A stretch of 64,000 nt of DNA from the human T2T-CHM13v2.0 reference genome, Homo sapiens. The DNA lies in assembly GCF_009914755.1 (NCBI RefSeq), contig NC_060929.1; one strand, written 5' to 3'. Shown here piece after piece: positions 15,560 through 26,769 of the stretch. A program made the position numbers and the translations under genes. Below the pieces are notes generated by a model. That model worked only from the letters and a program-made list of their open reading frames with translations, was not told the origin of the DNA and did no database searches. The stretch's first letter is position 1. Each line of letters starts with the position of its first letter.

Positions 15560-16118
15560 TCTCCATCCTATTCAGCATCTACTCCCTTTCTATGGAAAGG
15601 CACCCTCCTTGCTGTGGGGAACTGTTCGTTTGCACCATGTGGTTCTGGTGGGTGAGCTGTGTCATGTGACCAAGGTTTGACCAATCATGGGATCTCACGC
15701 ATCTTGCGACAGTGATTGGCTTCATGATGGCCACATGACCTAAGTTTGGTTTATTGGTGTTCTTCCCTTGAATTTTACCTCTGAGTGCTAGGAGAGAGAA
15801 ATCTTTGTTTCCTTGGGAGTTGCAAATCTAGGTTGATGAAGCCTGGAGCTGCCCATGCCACGTCTCCTGCAGTGTGAATAAAGCTCTGCTATGTGAGGAA
15901 AGAATGAGTCCAACAGATGGAGAGAAGCAGAGATCTGAGATATGGAATGAGATGGGGTGGGAGAGGAAGGAGAGAGGGAGAGACGATATCATTATTTGAA
16001 TTCCTGAGGACAGCTCTAGTCCTAGCCTTTGTGGATATGAGCCAGTAAATTCTAATTTTTCTTTATGCCAGATTGGGTTAGGTTTCTGTTCCTTGAATTC
16101 GAGGGTCCTGATAAATTC
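15560..16118 (+). mobile_element. MaLR solo LTR (MLT1K-like)
   Basis: 'acagtgattggcttcatgatggccacatgacc', 'gagccagtaaattc...gggttaggtttctgttccttg...tcctgataaattca'. Confidence 0.7.
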
Positions 16119-17639
16119 ATCAGTTTATTTAAAGTAACTGTTACATTATAAATGAGAGTTGTGTATATGTTGCAACAAAATCCCAACAGTTAGTTTAAGT
16201 TGCTAATAAGGAATGGATTCCTATACTGAACTCCTTCTAAGAGCACAGAGGTCTGGGGTTACAGAGCCCCTTCTATGTTTGTATCACTGGAACCTAGCAT
16301 AGAGCTTGGCACATGGAAGTTCTCAATATGTATTTGGAGAACACAGTAAGGCACGAGAGAGAATCTGATTGGCTCAATGGGTCAGTACCATCCAGCACAG
16401 GAGAGTCCTACTGGCTGGACCACGGTTCCCACATGGGCCAACATCTTGGCTACCTATGGGTTAGGAACCTCACCCACGGTCTGGCCAGCTGTGAGTAGAG
16501 AATAATAACTTCTGGTGTAGAAAATCACCTCTTTTTCTCATGGTGTAGAAAATAACCCCTTTTGTTAAATATTTATTTAAATTTGACTATGGGTATGGCA
16601 GGTACTCTGAGTCTCACAAAGGGAACAGAATAGCAGACAAGTGCTTCACTTGGCTTGTTCAGGCCGTGTGAGTCCTCCCATTAAATCCCTCAGTGAGGGG
16701 TCTGAAGAGCGACCGGGGAAGTTCCAGAAAATGCTGGTCTGCTTCCTGCCGAGGGTCTGCCCTTGAGCTTCTCTTCCAGAGGAGAACCGTGACTCTGACC
16801 AAGGGGGCAGTTCTGGGAAACTGTGGGAGCCTGCAGCAAATGACAGAAAAGGGGCTGACTCCAGAGTGACCCTGCCAGGCCTTCTGGTGAGAAACACGCC
16901 CCTTGCTATGGTGAGGCCGGCCACAGCCTGACACTGCCTCTGCTGGGGATGAGAGCATGGGGAAGCAACAGCATTCCAGTGTCAGCCTGGCTCTGGCTGT
17001 GCCCCAGGCCCTGTTCCCACTGTAAGCTGACACTGGCTGGGAGGGGCCTCTCATCTCCTCTTTGAGGGCTCCAGGGCAGAGTCTGTTCTCAGATTTGAGC
17101 AGCAGCCTGTGGATGCTGCAGAGAGTGTGAAGAAAGCAAACCAACCTCTGTGGGCCCAGTGAGTCGGGTAGGGCCCTCTGATTTGTGTCTGAGAGGTTGG
17201 CGTTTGCAGTAGATTTTAGTCTTGACCTTGTCGACTTGGCAACAGGGTTAAATGGGAGACAGTGAACTGTATCTGGAGGGTCTGGATTGGGGCCTGAAGG
17301 CCTAGGGGTTAGCCCAGTTCTCTCTGTAAGCTGTTTTGGGGCCAGGGGCCAGCCTTTGGTACCTGGGCCTCAGGCTCCTCAGTGGTAAATTGAGGAGGTT
17401 TGTCGGGCCATGTGCACTTGGAGGTTCCTTCCAACCTGAGTAATCCCCACTCACCATCAAGTAATGGCTCTAAATTCATTTGCTCTGTGGAGATAACCAA
17501 TATGGAAAAGATTGGCCTCAAATTTAACTTTTTTTTATAGGCAGTAAAGGATAGATGAGAAGTAACATTATTCCAAATAGAATGACAGGAATAATAATTA
17601 TTACAGTAATAACAATAACAAAACAATGCTTTCAAAATA

Positions 17640-17850
17640 GTCACTGTAGGCCAGGTACTCTAATCAAGATTTTACATACCTTACCTTATTTATTCCTTTC
17701 CAACACTCCCCTGGGTGGATATCATGGTACTTGTTTAGGAGACGAAACTATTGAGGTGCAGAGAGGCTCAGTTACTTGCCCAACAGCTCATTGTTCAAAG
17801 GTAGCAGTGCTGGGATTTGAACCCAGGGTCCACTTGATTCTAAAGCCTAC
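17640..17850 (-). mobile_element. MIR
   Basis: 'gagaggctcagttacttgcccaacagctca...gtgctgggatttgaacccagg'. Confidence 0.75.
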
Positions 17851-18693
17851 ATTCTCACCTCCTCCGTTATCAGGTAGGTGAGAGGTGCCTTCTACTTTCT
17901 GCTGTGAAAGTGCAGATACAGAGGAGCAGCAGCTGTCCACTTGCTTCTCCAGTGTTCATATGTCATAAATCCCTCAGGGATGTAGCCTTAGACTTATTGT
18001 TCCTACCCCATTACTGGCCATTCCCTACCATCCCCACCAAACCCATGCTCCTTCTCCACTCACCACTTCTCCACAGGTCACAGTGGTCTGTGCCTCAGAG
18101 CCTTCATAGGTGCTGGTCCTTGTTCTTGAAACCCTAGTCATCTCTCTTACTTCTGGAACATTCCTACTCGGCAAGGTTCAGATGCCGTCTCCCTTTTAAA
18201 AGATGCTCTGATTTTCAAATAGCCACAGCCCACTTTTGCTTCTGTCATAGTCTGTATCATGTTCTGTAATTATTTGTTTTAGTCAACTCTCATTCAATAA
18301 ATATTTGCTGAGTGACTCTTTGTGCTTGGCACTGTGTTAGGTGCTGGGGAATTTTCTCCTGTCCACTTTTCCTGTCCTCTAGACACCCAACACACAATCA
18401 AACTCATAGTTTTTTTTTTTTTTTTTTTAACAGAGATGTGCCTTATTTCCCCCGAATCCCAGGTAACTGACAAAGCCTAATACATAGAAAATGCTCAATA
18501 GCCACTTGATGAGTGGATCCATGACCCAGTACTTATCTTACCTTTGAATAATTGCCTCTTTCTTTCCATCCTCTACTAGATTCTTAGACTCTTGTGGACA
18601 GGGGTTGGGACTTATTTTGCTTTTGTCCCTGTTGCTTAGCACAGAGAAGTAATTTAATATGGTTTGTTGAATGAACGATTATGAGAAGTGTGA

Positions 18694-18804
18694 GTTCTGG
18701 GAGTGGATATGCTAATTCTACAAGCATATGCTAATTTGGGGAGTGGATATGTTCTGGGTTCTGGGAGTGGATATGGTAATTCTACAAGCTAATTCTACAA
18801 GCAT
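18694..18804. repeat. Mosaic short direct repeat
   Basis: GGGAGTGGATATG x3, TAATTCTACAAGC x3 and GTTCTGGG x3 interleaved. Confidence 0.9.
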
Positions 18805-19571
18805 GTGACCCACTGTGTATCTAGTGCCAATCATTGCTTGGGTGGGCACCATGAAAAGCAAATACCATGCAGATCTCACACCCTCAGGATCCTGAGTGCA
18901 TGGTGACCGGGCGTATACACACAAAGTTGCAAGAGAAAGATTCAGCAGGGGAAGAGCCCAGGTGCCAACCAGACAGTCACCTTGTCCAGAATCTCTGCTG
19001 GTCCCTGGCCCTGTCCTCAGCCGCCTGTGGCTCTAATTTCGATGAATGACTTCCTTCCCTTAGAGGGCTCCTTGCCTCTGGAGAGAAATGAACATCACCT
19101 GTGAAAGAGGCTTGCAGAGATTATTGTTCCATCTAATTGAATGTGAATTAAAGTAGAAAGAAAGATTGGCATTCTTACTGTGCCCAGAATCATTGAACTT
19201 ATGACTGAAAGATGCCACAACTGATCATTTGGCCTTGTTCTCATCTTCTGTCTGCAGAAATACATTGTAGTGGGCCAGCCTCAGAATTCTCTTTTGGGAG
19301 AAGACTGCCTTGAAATCCTGAGGGCAAAGTTGGTAGGAGACAAAGTGATAAAGAGAGAAATAATTTTTTTTTTTTTGCATAACATAGGTAGCTTGGATGA
19401 GGGGGTTTCAAGAAAGAGAAGAAATAGAGGCAGAGAGGATCTGGCAGAGAGAAACTAGAATTTGAAGTTTGCATTGGTTAAACCTTTTAAGAACAGGGTT
19501 GTCTAACTTTTTATTGTACTTTTTTTTGTGTGTGAGTTCTATAAACCTTTTTCTCTCTTTATCAAAGACTG

Positions 19572-19573
<2 letters not shown>

Positions 19574-19609
<36 letters not shown>
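19574..19609. repeat. (AC)18 microsatellite
   Basis: Direct reading. Confidence 0.98.
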
Positions 19610-19610
<1 letters not shown>

Positions 19611-21409
19611 ACCTTGTATAAGTGGGCTTTATTTGGGAGGGGGTAGAACAGAGAGAAGTTGAAGAAAGTTGCTGAGTTTTTTTTTTTTTATTGGTAAAGA
19701 CAGCCCACAGAGGATGGTGAGACCATCGGTAAACTAAAATAACTCACTGGAAACAAGTGAAATAAGGCAAGAGATAATACGAATTCTCCAGAAGGGTGAG
19801 GGTCGTTCATCGTGTGTAGGTTGGGGTCTAAAACCATATTTTTATTTGACTCTCAAAGAACAAAGGCACTCACCAGACTTCTTTAGTAGTAAATAACAGA
19901 AATCGATAGGCTAAAAAGCCAACAAAGGGTTCCATTGGGAGGATTCTGGGTGGCACGTAGAACTGAAGGGGAAGTTGAACAGTCAGGTCCCAATAAGCAG
20001 GAACAAGTAGACCCCACTTCAGGGCAACCCCATGGGGGTGAATTGGCCCAGGGGTTTACCATGATAAGGAGGCTTCCACCAAGTTCAAACCTTAGGAAGA
20101 GAAGTTCGATGGCCTGAGTCTGGGTCACATCCCCACCCTCCTTGTCTGGGGTAGCATGGAGTAAGGGTGTCGAAATTGACCGGCCATCTTCTCGGGACCA
20201 CATAGGAGAATAAAAGATTTGACCAAGGAAGGAAAGGGGGTACTTTTGCCAAAAAACTTGGAGGAAGGGATGCCAGGCAAGCAGAATTAGCAGATGCCCA
20301 TGCTCACAGGGTACCTCAGCTGTGAGATGTTGCTGCTGACACACAAGAGTGGAGCAGGTGAAATGACTCCCCACCTCTACAATTAATTTCACAATAGGTC
20401 TACAGTTAGAACTGAGCAGTGCTGTGGTGTGTCGCTAACAGACGAAGGAGGAAGGAGAAGGGCTGAGGGACCAATCCTTTATCTTCCAGTGCTAGGCCCT
20501 TTCCCAAACACCAAGCTACTGCCCTGGCGCCCCTATACCTCCAAGCCTTTGCTTGAGCTCCCTCTACCTGGAGTTCCCTCTTCTTTCTTCGTTACCTATT
20601 GATTTTGTTCTTTAGAACTAGAGAGTATCACCTGGAAGAAATCGTTTCTAATCTTGCCCTTCTCCGTGGGTTAGGAGTCTATCCTCTATGTAGACCCGTA
20701 TTTTATTTCATCATTAAAAGATGTATTGTTTGTAAAAATAGTTAACATAAACACACGGTAAAAAGTTCAAGCACACAAACTGATATAAATGGAAAAGTTG
20801 GGCGTTCCTTTGCCTCTGACCCCAGTTTCCCTCTCAGAGGCCACCACTGTTTCCTGTGTCTTCTTCCAGAACACACACGCACACACACACACACGCACAC
20901 ACACCTCTGCACACACCCCCACTGTAAATGGCCTACCTCCCCAGACTCCGAACCCTCCGAAGGCGGGGTCTCCTTGTTTGCCTCCAGGGCCCTAACGACT
21001 AGGGCAGCCTGATTCCCTGCACAAATTCAGCAACAGACTGCTGAAAGCCATGCTCTTGCACAAGGAAAAGTGGGAGGGAAGGGGATGGATTCTGTCTGAG
21101 ATCACTGGGTGCCACGCTCTATGATCTACGAGTTGCTTTTAATTTCCTGTGCTCGGCCGCCGGCAGCCTGATGAAATGAAGCAGATAGCAGGGCTTCAGA
21201 TCTAGCCCTTCCTGGGCTAGGGCTTGTCTGCTTGCTGCAAGGTTATAATCTCCAGACTCTGAAGAGAGAAGAGCTACGTGCACTGTACCCCCACAACCAC
21301 CCCCCACCCCACCCTGTTGCTGCAGCCTCCTGAGCCAGGGAATAGGCAGAAATGAAGCTGCTTGATGTTGCCTATGGTTCCTAGGGCAGTGGTTCTGAGT
21401 TGGCCATTT

Positions 21410-21600
21410 AGGCTTTGAGGCCAGACAGAGATGGTTTGGATCCTGGTTCTGTTGCCTCTTTGCTGTATGCCTTTAAGGCAAGTTGCCCTAACTCTCTGAG
21501 GCTCAGTTTTCTCAACTGTAAATGACGGCTATAAGTACAATCTACTTCATCCAGTTCTTACGAAGATTCAAAGAGAATGAATTCAGTGTCTGAGCTGAGG
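21410..21600 (+). mobile_element. MIR
   Basis: 'ggcaagttgccctaactctctgaggctcagttttctcaactgtaaatg'. Confidence 0.75.
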
Positions 21601-22500
21601 TGCCTGGGACCTAACTCCTGCTGAGTTGGTGGCAGGCGCCCTGGTTGTCTGTATCTGCCATGTAGTCACCAGGATCAGCTCTCAGCAAAATGGCCCAGTT
21701 GGTGGCTTTCGTCTTCTATCTGCTTTCCTTTTAGTACTCCTTTTCCCTTCCAGGTACTGACTGGTCTTACTTCTCCTCATCTCTTTTGGTGTGGACAACA
21801 ATAACTCCTCTCCTGCTGCTGCTACTATGACTCCCACCACCACGCCTTCCATCGCTTCCATGTTGACTGTGCCAGGCATTGTGCCCTTAATGTGGGCTGC
21901 ATCAGCTAATCTTTACAGTCACCATTATTTCCACTTCACAGCTGAGAAAACAGAGTCACAGAGAGTCGAGGGGTTTTCCCCAGATTTATAGAGTGAATAA
22001 TTAAAATGAGCAGCCTGATGGTCATTTACACTATGTGATAGAGACTTAATGGATTATCTCTATCACAAAGTTTGCATTTTCAAAATGCTCTTCAAAAAGA
22101 GGTCAGAGCCTAGTCCAAAGGAGTTAATTGATAATAGCAAGTAAATCTTTCTCAACAGGCTTAGGAAAGAGAGGATTTTGTTGAGGGACATGGAATACCT
22201 TCATACTACCCTTAAAAAATGAAACCAAGGCCACTGCTTGCTGCATCTGAAATTTAGATCAGTCTTGAATGTGTCTATGAGAGAACAGTACAAATTTCCT
22301 TGCTGCATTTCACGAAACAGGTAGCAGAGTGGAAATTCCTGGGAATTATACTTCTTGATGCATGAGATTGTTTAACAAACACGAACTCTCCCCCAGACTT
22401 TCGATTTAAAGAAAATCAAAGACCTTCCCTCAACTCAATGAAGTGTTAATAACACCACGGAGTCCTGAGCCTTCGTCCTGAGCAGCTGCAGGGCTTCCCG

Positions 22501-22519
22501 CCGCCTGCAGGTGTCGCTG
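22501..22519 (+). promoter_or_regulatory. Candidate CTCF site
   Basis: ccgcctgcaggtgtcgctg aligns to CTCF consensus TGGCCACCAGGGGGCGCTA at the key positions; lies in a locally CpG-retaining, non-repeat patch. Confidence 0.65.
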
Positions 22520-22585
22520 GCGGCTACTGACCCATCTGCTGCTTGGCAGGTGATGGGAACAGGAAGAAGGTATGAGTCAACTCAG

Positions 22586-22887
22586 TTTTTTTTTTTTTTT
22601 TTTTTTTTTTTTAGAGACAGGGTCTTACTTTGTTGCCCAGGCTGAAGTGCAATGGTGCAATCATAGCTCACCACAACCTCGAACTCCTGGGCCCCAGCAA
22701 TCCTTCTGTGTCAGCCTCCTGAGTAGCTGGGACTACAGGTCCCATGCTCAGCTAATTAAAAACATTTAGTAGAGATGAGGTCTCACTATGTTGCGTAGGC
22801 TGTTCTCAAACTCCTGGGTTCAAGCAATCCCCCTGCTTCGACCTCCCAAAGTGCTGGGATTATAGGCATGAGTCACTCCACTCGGCT
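22586..22887 (-). mobile_element. AluJ
   Basis: Poly-T then 'gagacagggtcttactttgttgcccaggctg...tgcaatcatagctcac...ctcctggg' (J-type diagnostics); no clear TSD. Confidence 0.93.
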
Positions 22888-25854
22888 AGGTCCCCCATTA
22901 TGACACATTCTTTAGCTCTAGGGACTCTTCAGGGATAATCAACTCTGTTCTTTTTGCAGAGAGGGTGCCCAGGAATGGGAAGTGACCAGGTTTAGGTTCC
23001 CCATCCATAGTCAGTGGCCTGGCTTGCCCAGAATTTAGTGAAGAAATGTCTTTGGTGGAAATAATCGGAGTGTTGGATGTTTTTACAGCTTATGCTACTG
23101 TTAATCAGGGACGTTGACCTTCCTTCCCCTCCCGTTCCCTCTCTCTATCTCTTCTTTTTCTCTCCTCTTTATCTCTTCCCCCATCCCCTTCCCATTTGGT
23201 CTTCACAGCAACCAGGTGAGTCTCCAACACTTTAACAATGAGTAGCAGAGGCTTGGAGAAGGACATAATACGCCTGAATCACCTGAAAGTGGTTGACAGA
23301 GGAGAGACTAAGGCCCACCAAACATGTCCCTCTTGGATGCTCCACTGCCTTAGTGGGGCTGTCTTGGCTCAGTTACTGATTTGCTAAGTCCTGGAGCAAG
23401 TTAAATTACTTTGTTTCTCTGTGCCTCTGCTTCCTTGTCTGTAAACAAGACAGTAACTATAGCTACCTCACAGGGTGGTCATTAAAGTATATAAAGTGTT
23501 TATCAGAGTACCTGGTACTTAGCAAGTACTTAAAAAAGGTCTTTGTCCTGACAACACTAACATTGTCATTATGTAGATTGTGTGCCCTCTAACTAACGTT
23601 ATATGTTGGACTTGAACTTGTTTTGTGCTTTGCAGTGTAAAATATTTGTTTTGCAATGCGAATTTAAAAGCAATCAATTTTTCACTTGTTGAAGTTGTTA
23701 ATACCTAGTGCTGGTGTGTGTGTGGTAATGTGGGAGATAGGCACTTTCATTGGGGCTGCTGCATTCAAACAGTGCCAGCCAAGGGCACCATCACTTCCCC
23801 TAGTATTGTATAAAAAGGTGGGCCTGGCCCTCATGCCCCATTCACGGGTAGAACTCGGTGTCAGCTTTGGGAAGCTGACCAAAGTGCCAACTTTGGTGTT
23901 GTGCATTAGATGCTCTCGAATGTTCAACTTGAGGCAAAGCAGGATAAACAAAGCCCCAGTGTCTAAAGATGACAAAAAGTCACCTGAAGGGATTTGGACA
24001 AAGCAGTAAGCATTCTTCAGGGAGTGACAGTAAAACCAGGGAAGGAAACTGAAGATGCCTCATGCTGGTGTGGTCCAGTGGAGAGGGACAGGTTCAGACT
24101 ATTGCTAGTCGAATATTAAATAGAAGAGTGACCGCTGAAGAAAGGAAACCTTAAAAGCAACCTGCCAATCCTATGTAGATGACTCACAGACCTCCCAGAC
24201 TTACCTACCCTCTCGATTCCATCCATCCTATTAAGCTTATTGCTCCCCACTCATCTACTGAACCCATTTCATTCGTTCCATGAGGATGATAAGCACATCT
24301 TCCTCACAGAGCCGCTATGTGCAACCATACAGAGACCTTTCCTCAAAGGTTAGCACATACTCAAAAAAAGGCAGCTCTTCTTTTTGGGCCTTCTCAGACC
24401 AGATTCCTTTGATATTCCTTTGATACAGACTAGGAGACAAGAGGACTGTCTTCATTTGCTCATTAGTCAGCTGTCCTCATTAGCTCTGTAGTCCTGGATA
24501 AGGCCCTTAGGACCTTTGAGCCTCCGTTTTGCCATCCATGTGTGAAATGTGAATAATAATGGTACCTGCCTCACAAGGTTGTTCTGAGTATTAATTGGGA
24601 TAGTGCATAAAGCACTTGGCATGATGTCTGTCTCAGAAGTGGTCTGGAAGTCCCCTTTATAATTGTTACATAACAATGTTATAATTATTACATAATTGCC
24701 TCTCTGAGAGTCGGCTGACTTCCACTAATCTACATCCCTGGTGTTACCCACTGGTTTGATTTCCACAGTTTGCCCACCTCTGAGATGAGGAATAGATTCC
24801 AATACCCTCCATCTAGCAAGAAAAATGATGATGGGCACACTGGGAGCATTTCCTTTTGCACTTGCCTTGTCCTGTTGCTGTTTTAGAGCTATGTGCTGCG
24901 TGCCATTTGCAGGTAAGGCCATTGCCACAGCAAGATTGGGACATCAGGCACAGGGTGCCTGGCTCTAGGTTCTCCACCTCATTGTTGACTTTGGCAAGGG
25001 AATTTTAGAGGAGGGCTGCCATGGTCGCATTCTTCAGCACAGCAAAGAGAAGAGAAAACAGTGCGACTCTTGCCAATTTCCTTGAGCTCCAAGGGAAAGA
25101 AACAGAAACAAGTAACATGAGTAAGAACACTAAAATGAGTTTGGAAGTGTGTTGGAATGAGCTGAAAGCCTTTGGGGCATGCTTCAGGAACAATAAGCTG
25201 TTCCTGTTTGGCTGCCCAGGATTTTTTATTAGGCTGAGAGTAGCAAGTTAGGGAAGGGAGGTGGAATCTCGCTGGTGGAGGTGATAGGGCACCTGCGGGG
25301 AGGGGATAGATGGTGGGAAGACTAGAAAGAAAAGGTGGTGATGTCTACGGTAGACTCCAAAAGTTTTCTTGTGTAATGGGAAATGTACCTGTCTCTCCAC
25401 TTTCCAATTCAACTTTCAATAATGTCTGCATTAATCTCTAATGCTTTGGGAATTGGGTTTTTTGGAGGGATGTGGCAGAGTGCTGCATATAAACTCAAGG
25501 TTGGCATGAAGCATGAGCAGAGGCGGCCAATGGGGACCTGCACTTATTCATCACCACTGTATAAAAACGCACTGACCTGCTTACTTTTACAGACCTCACC
25601 TTCCACCTGACATAAAAGCCTGTTGTATGGGGAACACTCAAATTACTGTATTCGTGTAAATTCATAAGAAACACTGGTTGGCATAAACCTCTTCTCCCCC
25701 CACCCTTACCCCCTGGCAAGAGAAGCCAATATTGTATAACTAAAGACAAATGGAGGGGAGATTTTATGGGATCTTTCCAAACGGGGAGGAGGAGACAGAA
25801 AATGTTCCTTAAGGTTAGAGAAGCAGAAGAAACTGTTGATACCTCAAGACGGGT

Positions 25855-26769
25855 GTTCTTTTTATCCACTGCTGCTTTAAAAAATGCCCTGGCTTAAAAC
25901 AACAACATTTATTTTACTCACGAATTGGCAGTTTGGCCAGGATGCTGCAGGAACAGCATGTCTGTCTCTCCACTCAGCTGGGACGGCTGGAAGGCCAGGG
26001 CTGGACTCCTCTCATGGTTTGCTCACTCACATACCTGGCAATTAATGCTGGCTGTCAGATCTGGGGCCCTAGCTGGGGATGCCAGCCAGAACACCCACAC
26101 CTCTCTGTGGGGCCTGGGCTTCCTCCTCACCATGTGGCGGCCAGGTTCCAAGGGTGGGCGTCTTGGGAGAGAACTAGGCAGAAGCTCCATCACCCTTTCT
26201 GACTTAGCCTGAGAAGCCAGGCGGCATCATTTTGGCTGCATTCTATTCTATAGAGTGAGTCCCCAAGGGCATTAGTTTGCTGGGCTGCCATAACAAAGCA
26301 CCGCAGAGTAGGCGGCTTGGACAACAGAAATTTGTTTTCTGTTCTGAAGGCCAGAAGTCTGAGATCAAGGTGTCGGAAGGGTTGTTTTTTTTTTTCTGAG
26401 GCTGCTCTCCTTGACTTCTGGATGGTCATCTTCTCCCTGTGTCTTCATGTGGGCTTCCTTCTAAGTGTGTGTCTGTGTCCTAATCTCCTCTTCTTACATG
26501 AGGAGAGCAGTTAAATTGGATTAGGGCCCCACCCTACCACCCTATTGGTCTTATTTTAACTTGATTACCTCTTGAAAGGCCCTATCTCCAAATACAGTCA
26601 CATTCTGAAGGTACTGGGGGTTTCAATATATGAATCTGAGAGGAGGGGAAGGACACAGTTTAGCCCATGACACCAAGGATCGGCCATACTCAAAGGGAGA
26701 GGAATTAGGCTTCACCTCTTAATGAGAGGAAGGTCTGAGGGTTTGCAGACATGTTTTAAAACCACCACA
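25855..26769 (-). mobile_element. MaLR LTR (MLT1F-like), host of a nested LTR
   Basis: 'ggcttaaaacaacaacatttattttactcacga...' and end 'gtttgcagacatgttttaaaaccaccaca'. Confidence 0.75.
26268..26672 (-). mobile_element. MaLR solo LTR (MLT1A-like), nested
   Basis: 'attagtttgctgggctgccataacaaa...ccctatctccaaatacagtcacattctga...cccatgaca'; perfect 5-bp TSD CCAAG (26263-26267 / 26673-26677). Confidence 0.9.

Noticed and set aside
16794-16819. CTCF-like AGGGGGCAG next to a STAT-type TTCTGGGAA
   Set aside because: The upstream CC required by the CTCF motif is absent, and a lone 9-mer is expected by chance.
18694-18804. Repeat cluster as a CRISPR-like array
   Set aside because: No unique spacers; intervening pieces are sub-fragments of the same unit.
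22035-22066. GTGATAGAGA / TCTCTATCAC resemble tetO half-sites
   Set aside because: The halves are in the wrong order with a 12-nt spacer, and there is no vector sequence nearby.
24880-24893. GTTTTAGAGCTATG, identical to the first 14 nt of the S. pyogenes CRISPR repeat
   Set aside because: Single copy, diverges right after, no spacers, scaffold or cas genes; primate context. Coincidence.
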